Assembly (NCBI GenBank): GCA_049287005.1
Contig: JBAQEZ010000003.1
Location: 693,143-757,142, forward strand
Source: Candidatus Moraniibacteriota bacterium
GTDB taxonomy: Bacteria > Patescibacteriota > Minisyncoccia > Moranbacterales > UBA1568
Reading direction: 5' to 3'
Length of the DNA stretch: 64,000 nucleotides
Shown: piece by piece, positions 24,494-34,695 of the stretch
Numbering within the stretch: the stretch's first letter is position 1
Layout of the letters: the number at the start of each line of letters is the position of its first letter
Program-made: the position numbers and the translations under genes
The notes under the pieces: generated by a model
The model's input: the letters and a program-made list of their open reading frames with translations, nothing else
Databases searched by the model: none
What the model was told of the DNA's origin: nothing

Positions 24494-24531
24494 AAGAAAG
24501 AAAAACAAAATCCCGAGCTTACACCCGGGAT
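24494..24531 (-). terminator. Intrinsic terminator downstream of greA
   Basis: Minus strand: atcccgggtgtaagctcgggattttgtttttctttc. Confidence 0.5.
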
Positions 24532-24565
24532 CATCGCATTATGCATGAAATGTCGTCGCAGACTC

Positions 24566-25021
24566 CTATTGGATGGAAACGATTTCATATTTGATAGTAC
24601 CGGCAGGAGCGCTCACCGCTACTTTATCTCCCTTGCTCTTTCCGATGAATTCCTTGCCGAGGGGAGACTCGTTGGAAATTTTCCCCTGAGCCGGATCCAC
24701 TTCATTCGAACCGACAATTTCGAAATGCATCTCCTTACCGCTTACCTTGACCGCAAGCTTGGAGCCCATCCCGACCACCGAAGAGCTTTTCTGTTTGGCA
24801 GCGACGACAGAATCCTTCAGCATGCCTTCGAGCTCCGCAATGCGGGACTCGTTCTCGTTCTGATGACGCTTGGCTTCGCTGTATTCCGCATTTTCAGAAA
24901 GATCGCCTTGCTCTTTGGCTTCTTTGATGGCTGCGGCAATCTCATGACGAATTTTCATTCTGCGCTCATCCAGCTCAGTATTCAATTTCTTCAGACCTTC
25001 TTCGGTAAAAATTCTCGCCAT
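24566..25021 (-). CDS. greA: Transcription elongation factor GreA
   Basis: MARIFTEEGLKKLNTELDER...DLSENAEYSEAK. The ATG is at 25019-25021. Confidence 0.85.
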   Translation of the reverse strand: MARIFTEEGLKKLNTELDERRMKIRHEIAAAIKEAKEQGDLSENAEYSEAKRHQNENESRIAELEGMLKDSVVAAKQKSSSVVGMGSKLAVKVSGKEMHFEIVGSNEVDPAQGKISNESPLGKEFIGKSKGDKVAVSAPAGTIKYEIVSIQ

Positions 25022-25281
25022 GGCATTACAGTTAAAATGAATAATTTCTTTTTTATCGAATTTATCAAACAAAAACTTCTTTCCTGAAGGAGAGAAGATG
25101 CCACAAAGTTTCCCTCATAGTATCAAAAGCAGCCTAAATGTCAATCCCACGCTGATTTTGCCTTATATTAAGAGCAAATAATCACTATGCGTGCTTTGTA
25201 TTACGCAATACTACCCATGCCTCTTATTTTTATTTTAAAGAAAATGGAGCAAGATGAGTACGAGATCACCCCCGTTCTCCT

Positions 25282-27180
25282 TTATTTTTGCAAGGCATTG
25301 CCCTGAGAAAAATACCAGTTGTAGACATCCCGAGTGACTGGCACAGCATTGTAGCCCTCCGCGCCCTGACCTTCCACCAGGACAATGATCGCCAGGCTGG
25401 GACTTTCGTAAGGCGCGAAAGAGACGAACCACCCGTGTGTTTTCTTATCATTACCGAATTGAGCCGTACCCGTTTTCCCAGCCACCGCTACCGAGAGAGC
25501 CTTCAACGGTTGCGCCGTACCTTCCGTCACCGTTTCCCGCATCCCTTCCCGCACGATGCGCAAAATATTCGGATCCATGAAATCTTTCCTGATAATTTCC
25601 GCTGGTACCGGAGTCACCACGCCGCTGGACGAGCGAATCTGGGATACGACCTTGGGAACATAGAGCGTCCCGCCGTTGGCGATGGCTGCCACGGCATTGA
25701 GAATCTGCAGCGGCGTCGCCGTGACAAATCCCTGTCCGATGGCCGCATGATAATCATCGCCGATGTACCAACGTTCTCCGAGCGTCTCTTTCTTCCACTG
25801 CGGGTCGGGGATAAACCCATTCGCTTCTCCCGGAACATCGATACCAGTCGTGTTGCCATACCCGAACAGGTTTTCGTATTTTTTCATCCGATCCATACCG
25901 AGTCCCGCGATACCGCCATATCCTCCGCCGATGGAATAAAAGAATACGTCGCTGGAAACGGCGAGAGCTCGCCTGATGTCCGTGAAACCATTCACTCTCC
26001 AGTCACCGAAGAAAAAATTTCCGACACTGATTCCGCCGCGACTTTCGATCTGAGTATTTTCATTCACGACATTTTCTGCCAACGCAGCGCAAGCCAGCAC
26101 CGGTTTGATCGTCGAACCAGGAGGATACTCGCCGGAAAGCGCTCGGTTGAAAAGCGGCAGCGTCGGATCCTGCACGAGTACCTGATAATCCTTCGATGAA
26201 ATCCCTCCGACGAAAAGATTGTTATCAAAACTCGGCAAACTCACCATGGCACGCACAGCCCCGTTTCTCGGATCAATCGCGATGGCTGCCGCCTGCTTCA
26301 AGTTTTCCTTCTCCAAGAGCGCCTGTAAGCTGTCAAAAAGCTTTTTCTGCAGATCGGCATCAATATTGAGTATCAGATCACTGCCCGGCACGGGCGGCAC
26401 GACACCGAGCTCCTTTTTGACATGACCCAGAGCATCCACTTCCGCTTGCCGAAAACCGTGCGTGCCTCTGAGCGATGATTCATAGCTTTTCTCTATTCCC
26501 TGCTTACCGATAGAATCGGTCAGAAGATAGTCCGGATGCGACACAAGTTCCTCTTTGCGGATTTTTCCCTCATACCCGAGCAGATGAGAAAAGATCAGGC
26601 CATCCGCGTACCGTCTTTGCGTCGTATTATAGAGACTCACTCCTGGCAGTTCCTGACTCCGGCTCAAAAACAGGAGTGTCTCCTCCTGACTCACCCGCTC
26701 TTTGAGCAGGATGGGTTGAAGCGAGCGCTGATCGAGCTTTTGGAAGATTTCGTCCAACGCGTCCTGGTTCAAGGAAAAAGTCGAGAGCAGCAGGCGTTTG
26801 ATAGCGTCCTGTTTTTCTTGTTCTTTCGGGAGATCGATCGGTATCATGACGGCATCCATGCTCGGTGCGTTGGCAACCAATTCCTTGCCAAAACGGTCAT
26901 AGATCATGCCGCGCGGAGCCGGCATCACAATCTCACGTAAACTGTTGCGCTGCGCTATCTCTTGATACTCCGCTCCCTTCATCATATTCAGATATATGAC
27001 ACGAGAAAAAAGCCCGAGAAACATGGCAATGATCAGCCACCAAAAAAAACGCATCACGAAGCGACTGAGGGGCCATTCAATCTTAGCAGCATCGCTTTCG
27101 GTCACCGTCAACACGGCGTCATCGATTTCCATGCCGCGCTTTTCTATCGTATATTGATTTTTTTTGATGAAAAGTGCCAT
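25282..27180 (-). CDS. mrdA: Penicillin-binding protein 2 (elongasome D,D-transpeptidase)
   Basis: N-terminal TM, dimerisation domain, transpeptidase motifs (STIKP, SSD, KTGTA); located downstream of mreBCD. Confidence 0.85.
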   Translation of the reverse strand: MALFIKKNQYTIEKRGMEIDDAVLTVTESDAAKIEWPLSRFVMRFFWWLIIAMFLGLFSRVIYLNMMKGAEYQEIAQRNSLREIVMPAPRGMIYDRFGKELVANAPSMDAVMIPIDLPKEQEKQDAIKRLLLSTFSLNQDALDEIFQKLDQRSLQPILLKERVSQEETLLFLSRSQELPGVSLYNTTQRRYADGLIFSHLLGYEGKIRKEELVSHPDYLLTDSIGKQGIEKSYESSLRGTHGFRQAEVDALGHVKKELGVVPPVPGSDLILNIDADLQKKLFDSLQALLEKENLKQAAAIAIDPRNGAVRAMVSLPSFDNNLFVGGISSKDYQVLVQDPTLPLFNRALSGEYPPGSTIKPVLACAALAENVVNENTQIESRGGISVGNFFFGDWRVNGFTDIRRALAVSSDVFFYSIGGGYGGIAGLGMDRMKKYENLFGYGNTTGIDVPGEANGFIPDPQWKKETLGERWYIGDDYHAAIGQGFVTATPLQILNAVAAIANGGTLYVPKVVSQIRSSSGVVTPVPAEIIRKDFMDPNILRIVREGMRETVTEGTAQPLKALSVAVAGKTGTAQFGNDKKTHGWFVSFAPYESPSLAIIVLVEGQGAEGYNAVPVTRDVYNWYFSQGNALQK

Positions 27181-27204
27181 CTGGATAGCATGATCCTGAG
27201 CAAA

Positions 27205-27756
27205 TTATCTCATCTTCAAGGCTTCTCCCTGCGCGATATACTGCATATATGCCTCGAATCGTCTGATTATTACATACGCGAGAAGAAACAGAGGCATACA
27301 GAGGAGCAGTGAGAGAGAGAAGTTCTGAAAGGATACCAGAGGAGGAAATGGAGCGAACATTTCCTTGGTCCAGGAGAATGGATTGCCTCGAGAAAAAATA
27401 AACTCAAAAACGGCGAATCCCATAACACCGACAGCTGAAACAAGGGCATAGAGCAGCAGACCGACACCCCGATGTTCCAGCAGGAAACGCCGCGAGAAAA
27501 AACTCATCGTATACGCCAGAAGCACCGCGTACAGAGTCAGTGTGCCCGGCGTGCCGATAGCAACAATATCAGAAAAAAGCGTCAAAGGAATAGTCATGAA
27601 CAACACGCGGGGGAAACTCATAAGAAGCGACCAGGCTACGACGGCGCTCATGATGACAAGCGGAGCCGCAACCCATGGGAACAGCACATCAAAAAAAGAA
27701 AATTCAAAACAGACGAAGACAAAAATAAAAATCAAACGCGAAATGAATATTTTCAT
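27205..27756 (-). CDS. mreD: Rod shape-determining protein MreD
   Basis: 183-aa polytopic membrane protein positioned between mreC and mrdA. Confidence 0.7.
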   Translation of the reverse strand: MKIFISRLIFIFVFVCFEFSFFDVLFPWVAAPLVIMSAVVAWSLLMSFPRVLFMTIPLTLFSDIVAIGTPGTLTLYAVLLAYTMSFFSRRFLLEHRGVGLLLYALVSAVGVMGFAVFEFIFSRGNPFSWTKEMFAPFPPLVSFQNFSLSLLLCMPLFLLAYVIIRRFEAYMQYIAQGEALKMR

Positions 27757-27884
27757 ACCCGGTAGGACACTTCCGAATAAATACGATAAGATACGCCAAC
27801 TTTTCTCAACCTTCTTACTTTATACATATTCCCCATCATTGCGAAGTTTATTCATTACTTTCGAAATTGTCCCACCGAACACGA

Positions 27885-28703
27885 CTAGAGGGTGTTTTGT
27901 ATGACGAAGACATACCGGATGCGATCAATACTGACAGGAGAAACAAGGGCTGCCTGCTGAAAGAGGCGATCGCTGGACAAATGCGGGTCCTGCAGCGTCC
28001 CGATCAGCAGCCCCTTGGGCACATCACCGCCCAATCCCGATGTCACGATGGAATCTCCGGATTTCAACGTATCGGCCTGCGGCACCATATCAAACAGCAG
28101 TCCCAAACCGTATTCCCCTTTGACGATGCCCTGCGCTCCCGTATCCAGGGCTGTCCCGCTCACGAGACTTTCCGGGTTTGAGAGAAGCATCACGCGAGAC
28201 GCGGCAGGAAACACCTCTATGACTTTCCCTATCAGCACACCCTTGTCCACGATCACGGACATCCCTTTGGCAACTCCCGCAAACGATCCCTGATCGATAG
28301 AAATCCAATTCCCCAATCCGGAAACATCCCGGCCGATCACCGTAGCCGATCTGAGTGAAAACATATCCCTTGGCAAAAGTCCGATCGCTCGGTGCAGTTC
28401 CTCATTTTCCTTGCTCATATCGGAACATCGGGCGTTTGCGACCAGCAATCGTATCCGTTCCTTTTCTAACCGTTCATTCTCGCTCTTGAGTTCACCGATA
28501 GACGTAAAAAAGCGAAAGGCATCATTCAATTCAAACGCCAGCACGGAAAAAATTTTCTGCACCGGAAACATCACTGTCATCACTGTTGTCCGCACGGGCG
28601 AGATCAGCCACGCCGGGCTGAATGATATGAAAAGCCACAGCGCGAAAAAGATAATCAGTGCGCGAAAAAGTTTGGTCTGAATAAATTTCCTCCGTACAGC
28701 CAT
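27885..28703 (-). CDS. mreC: Rod shape-determining protein MreC
   Basis: TM segment, coiled-coil and MreC beta-domain. The ORF-track start at 28709 is TTG; the ATG is at 28701-28703. Confidence 0.8.
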   Translation of the reverse strand: MAVRRKFIQTKLFRALIIFFALWLFISFSPAWLISPVRTTVMTVMFPVQKIFSVLAFELNDAFRFFTSIGELKSENERLEKERIRLLVANARCSDMSKENEELHRAIGLLPRDMFSLRSATVIGRDVSGLGNWISIDQGSFAGVAKGMSVIVDKGVLIGKVIEVFPAASRVMLLSNPESLVSGTALDTGAQGIVKGEYGLGLLFDMVPQADTLKSGDSIVTSGLGGDVPKGLLIGTLQDPHLSSDRLFQQAALVSPVSIDRIRYVFVIQNTL

Positions 28704-28794
28704 AACCAAAATATCAAAATTTAAATGCCGAATATCAAATCACATCCTCAATCCCAATGAATAAATACGGGCATTTTTTATTTGAGCTTTGACA

Positions 28795-29889
28795 TCAGCC
28801 GAGCGGTCTTCTCTCCTCTTCTGCGATCAGCACCTCTTTCAGGGTTTCCATATCATCGAGCACAATCCCCGTCCCGCGCACCACCGCTGTCAAAGGATCT
28901 TCCATCATACGCACCGGAATACCCGTCTGATTGGCAATCAATTTATCCAAACCTCTGATCAGACTGCCTCCACCGGCCAATATGATACCCCGATGCATGA
29001 TGTCCGCCAGAAGTTCCGGCGGGGTTTCCTCGACAATCGTTTTGATACTGTTGACGATGATACGCGTCGAACGCGAAAGCGCCTCACGAATATGTTCATC
29101 CGTAGCGATCACTTCTTTCGGCAAACCGGAAACCAGATCACGGCCGCGAAGCGGAAACGTCAATCGCTCTCGCTGCGGGTAGGCACTGCCGATAGCAATT
29201 TTGGCCTCTTCCGCCGTCTTTTCACCGATCAAGATGTTGAATTCATCACGGCTATAGCGCACGATGTCTTCGTTCATCTCATCGCCGGCGATACGCAAAC
29301 TCCGCGACAGGACGACCCCTCCCAAGGAAATGACGGCGATCTCGGTAGTACCGCCACCGATATCCACCACCATGTTGCCCGTGGCATCGATAACCGGCAA
29401 ACGGGCACCGATGGCGGCCGCCATCGGTTCGTCGATCAGGAACACCTGACGCGCGCCAGCGTTGAGCGCTGCCTCGATCACGGCGCGCTTCTCTACTTCC
29501 GTCACGCCGGATGGGATGCCGATGAGAACGCGCGGCCGACGCAAAAACGCGAAATTCTCCTGGGTCACTTTGTTGATGAAATACCGGAGCATCTGCTGAG
29601 TCACTTCGAAATCGCTTACTACGCCATCCACGAGCGGGCGCGTCGCGACGATATGGCTCGGTGTTTTGCCGACCATTTTTTTGGCCTCCCGTCCGATAGC
29701 CAAAATCTGCCCCGTCCGCTGATTCACCGCGACGACGGAAGGCTCATTGATGACGATCCCCTTGCCCTTCACATAGACGAGGATGTTGGCCGTCCCCAAA
29801 TCGATACCGATATCTTGGGTCAGATGCCCGAAAAACCGCTCAATGATGGTTTTTTGGAAACTTTTGACAAAACGCTGGAGTTGAGACAT
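28795..29889 (-). CDS. mreB: Rod shape-determining protein MreB (actin homolog)
   Basis: DIGIDLGTANILVYVKGKGIVINEPSVVA...VVDIGGGTTEIAVISLGG. Confidence 0.9.
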   Translation of the reverse strand: MSQLQRFVKSFQKTIIERFFGHLTQDIGIDLGTANILVYVKGKGIVINEPSVVAVNQRTGQILAIGREAKKMVGKTPSHIVATRPLVDGVVSDFEVTQQMLRYFINKVTQENFAFLRRPRVLIGIPSGVTEVEKRAVIEAALNAGARQVFLIDEPMAAAIGARLPVIDATGNMVVDIGGGTTEIAVISLGGVVLSRSLRIAGDEMNEDIVRYSRDEFNILIGEKTAEEAKIAIGSAYPQRERLTFPLRGRDLVSGLPKEVIATDEHIREALSRSTRIIVNSIKTIVEETPPELLADIMHRGIILAGGGSLIRGLDKLIANQTGIPVRMMEDPLTAVVRGTGIVLDDMETLKEVLIAEEERRPLG

Positions 29890-29991
29890 AGAAAAGATGA
29901 AAAAAACAAGCGGAAAAACAGGATATCCCCCATTCTATCCCATTTCTTCGAAATACTCCAGCTCTGACCGAAAAGGGTCAATTTTTTCAAA

Positions 29992-30447
29992 CTATGCTCG
30001 TATTTTTCTTGCCAGTGACGCTAATTTTGTGTCATCTTCTCGCTTATAATCATGCGAGGAAATATAGCCGGCGTACTGATCGAAGTATGTTGCCACTTTG
30101 GATTCAATCGGCTTCCACTCTGCCATATTTTTCGTTCCGTGCATCGGAAAAAGCTTGGCATGGATATGATCTACGCCGAATCCCTCGAACACCATAGCCG
30201 TCCTCCCGACGTTTTCCAGCTTGGCATCGAGCAGCTTGGCTACTTTTTTTGTTGCCAAGATAAGCTCCGTCAATACTTCATCGGGCAGATCAAAAGCGTA
30301 ACTCGTGTAATGCACCTTGGAGATAACTACCGTCACCCCTTCGGTGTTCGGAAAGATAGACAAGAAGGCCAGATGTTTTTCATCTTCCCACACTTGATAT
30401 GAGGGCGCTTCTCCTGTGACGATCTTACAGAATATGCAGTCTGCCAT
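29992..30447 (-). CDS. HIT-family (histidine triad) nucleotide hydrolase
   Basis: MADCIFCKIV... plus the histidine-triad motif VDHIHAKLFP. Confidence 0.75.
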   Translation of the reverse strand: MADCIFCKIVTGEAPSYQVWEDEKHLAFLSIFPNTEGVTVVISKVHYTSYAFDLPDEVLTELILATKKVAKLLDAKLENVGRTAMVFEGFGVDHIHAKLFPMHGTKNMAEWKPIESKVATYFDQYAGYISSHDYKREDDTKLASLARKIRA

Positions 30448-30462
30448 AACGAGACATGATTA

Positions 30463-31869
30463 CTAATCTTTTTTCTCTACCGCTGAAATATTCAGTCCGA
30501 GTTCTTGCAGCTGTTTCAGAGAAGTCGGTGATGGAGCGTTCATCATGAGGTCACGACCCTCTCCGGTTTTCGGGAAAGCGATCACTTCGCGGATGTTGGG
30601 TTCACCCGCCATCAACATAACGATGCGGTCGATACCAGGAGCGAATCCTCCGTGTGGCGGAGCGCCGAACGTAAAAGCCTCCAACATATGACCGAATTTT
30701 TCTTTCTGTTCCTCTTCGGAAATATTAAGCAACTTGAATACTTGTCTCTGCATCTCTCTCTTGTGAATCCGGATACTGCCTGAACTCAACTCATACCCAT
30801 TGAGCACCAGATCATATGAATTGGCTCGGATACTGAGCAGATCTTCTCCCTGCATGAATTTTTCGACATCTTCATCCTTGATAGAACAGAAAGGATGGTG
30901 CGCGGCTTGGAGAGTGCCATCGTCCATCTTCTCGAACATCGGAAAATCCACTACCCACACAAAAGCCAATTCGTTCGGATCATTCTTATCTTTCCGCATG
31001 TCTGGTTTGTCACAGCCGTATTTTTCCATCGACTCCTTGTACGTGATACGCGGAAAAGGCGCTTGCGAAATATGTTTCTCGGGGAACAATCCCTGTACCA
31101 TCTCCAGAAACATCTTTTCGGTAAACTGCAGAATATCTTCCTGCGTGACAAAGGACATCTCATAGTCGAGCTGCGTGAATTCCGGCTGACGATCGCCGCG
31201 CAGATCTTCATCGCGCATACAGCGAGCAATCTGAAAATATTTCTCGAACCCCGCCACCATGCACAACTGCTTGTACTGCTGCGGCGATTGCGGCAAGGCA
31301 TAAAACTTCCCTTTTTCGATACGGGATGGCACGAGGTATTCTCGCGATCCTTCCGGCGTACCCTTCATCAGAAGCGGTGTCTCTATTTCCACGAAATCCG
31401 CTCCGTGCATGTATTCGCGGAAAAAAGTGATCACTTTGTCTCTCATCCTGATATTCTTCTGCATCCGGGCGCGGCGCAGATCCAAATAGCGGTATTTGAG
31501 ACGGATTTCTTCATTGATTTCTTTCCCGTCTGAAGCAATATCAAAAGGCGGCGTTTCCGCTTCATTCAGGACGTTGATAGACAGCACCTCTATTTCGATA
31601 GCCCCGTTTGGCTGTTCAGCATTGACGAGTTTTTCCGAACGAGGATTCACGTTACCTACCACCTCTATCACCCATTCGGATCGGAGAGCCTGGGCAGCAG
31701 CCTGAGCCTCGGGATGATGGGGTAGTACCACCATCTGCACTTTGCCGCTCATATCACGCAAATCAAGAAAAATGAGCTTGCCATGGTCTCTCCGTACATC
31801 TACCCAGCCAGACAGCTTTACGGTCTCGCCTATATGCCCCAGGGTTTCGGATATCAGGACGCGTTTCAT
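30463..31869 (-). CDS. aspS: Aspartyl-tRNA synthetase, short form without the GAD insertion domain
   Basis: Class IIb motifs (FRDE-like MRDEDLRGDRQPEFTQLD, GGFAPGIDRIVMLM). Three in-frame ATGs (31890, 31878, 31869); 31869 has a GGAAG Shine-Dalgarno. Confidence 0.85.
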   Translation of the reverse strand: MKRVLISETLGHIGETVKLSGWVDVRRDHGKLIFLDLRDMSGKVQMVVLPHHPEAQAAAQALRSEWVIEVVGNVNPRSEKLVNAEQPNGAIEIEVLSINVLNEAETPPFDIASDGKEINEEIRLKYRYLDLRRARMQKNIRMRDKVITFFREYMHGADFVEIETPLLMKGTPEGSREYLVPSRIEKGKFYALPQSPQQYKQLCMVAGFEKYFQIARCMRDEDLRGDRQPEFTQLDYEMSFVTQEDILQFTEKMFLEMVQGLFPEKHISQAPFPRITYKESMEKYGCDKPDMRKDKNDPNELAFVWVVDFPMFEKMDDGTLQAAHHPFCSIKDEDVEKFMQGEDLLSIRANSYDLVLNGYELSSGSIRIHKREMQRQVFKLLNISEEEQKEKFGHMLEAFTFGAPPHGGFAPGIDRIVMLMAGEPNIREVIAFPKTGEGRDLMMNAPSPTSLKQLQELGLNISAVEKKD

Positions 31870-31956
31870 TGCTTCCATACCTATAATCATAATGGCTTAA
31901 ACAATGCCCCTATCATACCAAAAAGCAATGACCGAAACAAGGGGGCACTTGCCCCT

Positions 31957-33738
31957 CTATTCAATAAACCCGTCAGTTTGTTGTTGCCAGAAATTGTGGT
32001 AATGCCCTTGCTTCAGGAGCAGTTCTTTGTGTGAACCATGTTCTACGATAATGCCATCTTCGATAACGATGATCCGATCCATTTTCTGCACGGTACTGAG
32101 TCGATGCGCTACGACCAGCGTCGTCTTATCCTGCATCAGCTGATCCAAAGCTTCGCGAATCAGATTCTCACTTTCGGAATCCAGAGAACTGGTGGCTTCA
32201 TCCAAAACCAAAATCGGTGCGTTTTTCAAGATAGCCCGAGCGATAGCAATACGTTGGCGCTCACCGCCAGACAATTTCACTCCCCGTTCACCAACGAGTG
32301 TCTCATACTTGAGAGGCGAACGCATAATGAATTCGTGAGCCCGCGCCTGTTTGGCTGCGGCTATGACGGCTTCTTCTGTCGCGTCCGGATTACCATAAGC
32401 GATATTCTCACGCAAGGTCCGGTGAAACAGTCCTGGCTCCTGGGGAACATAGGCGATACTGGAACGCAAATCATCTTGAGTGATATGACGGATATCCTGA
32501 CCATCGATACGGATTGCCCCGCCGCCAACATCGACGAAACGCAGCAAAAGCTTGACGATGGTCGTCTTGCCTGCCCCCGAATGACCGACAATGCCGATTT
32601 TTTCTCCCGGTTTGATAGAAAGCGAAAAATTCTGAAACACGGCTGCTCCCCCGCCATACGCGAAGTCCACCCGCTCAAACTGCACTGCTCCGCGTCCGAT
32701 ACGGCATGATTCCGAATGCACCGGGTCTGGGATATCCGGATCCGTATCGAGAATATCCACCATTTCATCAGCGTCCGTCAGAGCCTGGATAATTTTCGCG
32801 AAAGATCGTCCCAAACCGAACAACTGGCCGAAAATACTCGTCATGTACACCTGAACCAGCACCACGGTACCGGCAGACACTTCGCCCCGGAGCCAGAGCC
32901 GCACGACGAAATACATCCCCACCACCTCCAATACTCCCAAAAAAATCGACTGCACGAGAAATTGCATGTTCTGAAAATTCCATGCTCGGCGCCTGGCCCG
33001 CTCTTCTTTCGTTGTAGCAGCCTGAAAATGAGTGATCTCCCGACGTTTGGCGGCAAACGCCTTGATATTCACGATGTTGGAAAGCACGTCCGAAAGAACC
33101 GCCGTCACATGGGAGTCCTCAGCAGCTCGCGCGAGATCCAGCGGCATTTTCTTTTTGATGAAAAAATAGATGCACACTATATACAAGATGCACCACAAGA
33201 TAAAACTCGCCCCGAGGAGCGGTACCGTTACGACGAGCACCGAAAAAATACCTACCAACTTCAAAGCCCCGAACCACAGCATAAAAACACTCTCATCCTG
33301 CAGCGTCATAAACGCGTTGACGAACCGCTTGGACTTGGCAACCAGCGAACCGGAAAAATTTTCCGTAAAAAATCTGTACGAATGGGCGTGAAAATTGATG
33401 AACGCCGCATCGGCAATATCTTTCAGGAGATGGCTCTGAGAAAACATCAGGAAAAAATCTCCCAACCGATACAAAATGCTGTACCCGATGACCACCGCCC
33501 CCAAGATATACACCCAATAGAGCGTATTCGCGCTCGCCAGAGGCGCTGTCGCGCCCCTGCTGATCACATCGATCAATCCTTTGTACACGATCGGCGTCAC
33601 GATATCTGACAAAATAACTGCCACACCATACAGAAAAAAATAAATCCCGATGATGATTCGGTACTTCTTGATATGCGGCCAGTAATACTTGAATATCCGC
33701 CGAACACCAAAAGATGCCGGCCGTTTTGTATCCTTCAT
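31957..33738 (-). CDS. ABC exporter, fused permease and ATPase (MsbA-like)
   Basis: Six TM segments followed by Walker A (GHSGAGKTT), signature (LSGGERQRIAIARA) and Walker B (ILVLDEATS). Confidence 0.85.
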   Translation of the reverse strand: MKDTKRPASFGVRRIFKYYWPHIKKYRIIIGIYFFLYGVAVILSDIVTPIVYKGLIDVISRGATAPLASANTLYWVYILGAVVIGYSILYRLGDFFLMFSQSHLLKDIADAAFINFHAHSYRFFTENFSGSLVAKSKRFVNAFMTLQDESVFMLWFGALKLVGIFSVLVVTVPLLGASFILWCILYIVCIYFFIKKKMPLDLARAAEDSHVTAVLSDVLSNIVNIKAFAAKRREITHFQAATTKEERARRRAWNFQNMQFLVQSIFLGVLEVVGMYFVVRLWLRGEVSAGTVVLVQVYMTSIFGQLFGLGRSFAKIIQALTDADEMVDILDTDPDIPDPVHSESCRIGRGAVQFERVDFAYGGGAAVFQNFSLSIKPGEKIGIVGHSGAGKTTIVKLLLRFVDVGGGAIRIDGQDIRHITQDDLRSSIAYVPQEPGLFHRTLRENIAYGNPDATEEAVIAAAKQARAHEFIMRSPLKYETLVGERGVKLSGGERQRIAIARAILKNAPILVLDEATSSLDSESENLIREALDQLMQDKTTLVVAHRLSTVQKMDRIIVIEDGIIVEHGSHKELLLKQGHYHNFWQQQTDGFIE

Positions 33739-33774
33739 ACGATCGAAATTGTTTTCTTACTCACGCAAAAAAAG

Positions 33775-34596
33775 TCAAAGGATGCTCTTCCTTTGTTCCT
33801 TGAAAAAATCATTGACGGCGTAGGTGAGTTCGCTCGGCGTGATTTGCGTTTTCAAGAAAGATTTATTGCCCAAACCCGAATCGGTCAGCTCTTTCAGATG
33901 GGCATCTTCCAACGATGCCGAGAGAAAAAAGACCGGTACCGACTCTTTGCCCTCAATCTCTTTCAGGCGACGAATAACTTCACGACCATCGATACCCGGC
34001 ATCAGCACGTCGGAAATGATCATATCAAAATGCTCCTTCGCTGCCGTATCCAGACCAGCAATACCGTCTCTCTCGGCCACCACTTCATAGCCTTCATCGC
34101 GGAGCCGCTTGCTGAACATCTCGACAAACACCGCCTCATCCTCGATAAGCAGTATCCTCTTCCCCAGCTTCGCTTGTTCTGCCGGACCTGCTTCCTCACG
34201 AGCGAGGTTTTTTGTCTGTTCGTTGAACTGGCCGAGGAAACGGTTGACTTCAACCACCACTTCCGAAGGAGAAAACTCGGTCTTAGAAATAAAGCCGTTC
34301 GCACCGAGCTTCAAACACTCCTCGCGATCTTCCGTCGAACTGAGATTACTGAAAACAACGATCTTCAGATCCGGATCATAGTCCGGGTTATGGCGCAACT
34401 CACGCAACACTTCCATCCCGCCCATTTCCGGAATAACCAAATCCAGCAGAAGTAAATCGAATTTTTGCGCCAACGCTTCTTTCAGTACGGCCTTGCCGGT
34501 CACCACATTCAACACATCGAAACCGGAACTTTCGAATTTCTTCTTATAAATTTCCGCGATAAACGGATCATCTTCGACGTACAGGATTCTTGGCAT
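33775..34596 (-). CDS. Response regulator with two tandem receiver (REC) domains and no output domain
   Basis: REC1 RILYVEDD...LLLLDLVIPEMGG and REC2 RILLIEDE...MIISDVLMPGIDG. Confidence 0.75.
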   Translation of the reverse strand: MPRILYVEDDPFIAEIYKKKFESSGFDVLNVVTGKAVLKEALAQKFDLLLLDLVIPEMGGMEVLRELRHNPDYDPDLKIVVFSNLSSTEDREECLKLGANGFISKTEFSPSEVVVEVNRFLGQFNEQTKNLAREEAGPAEQAKLGKRILLIEDEAVFVEMFSKRLRDEGYEVVAERDGIAGLDTAAKEHFDMIISDVLMPGIDGREVIRRLKEIEGKESVPVFFLSASLEDAHLKELTDSGLGNKSFLKTQITPSELTYAVNDFFKEQRKSIL

Positions 34597-34695
34597 CGGA
34601 TTGCTTCAGTCATTTATGCACGAACCCCTCTCGCGACAGGCTCTGACGACAGGATACTCGAAAAAAGCCAAAAAATCAAGAAGAATGCGTTTGAA

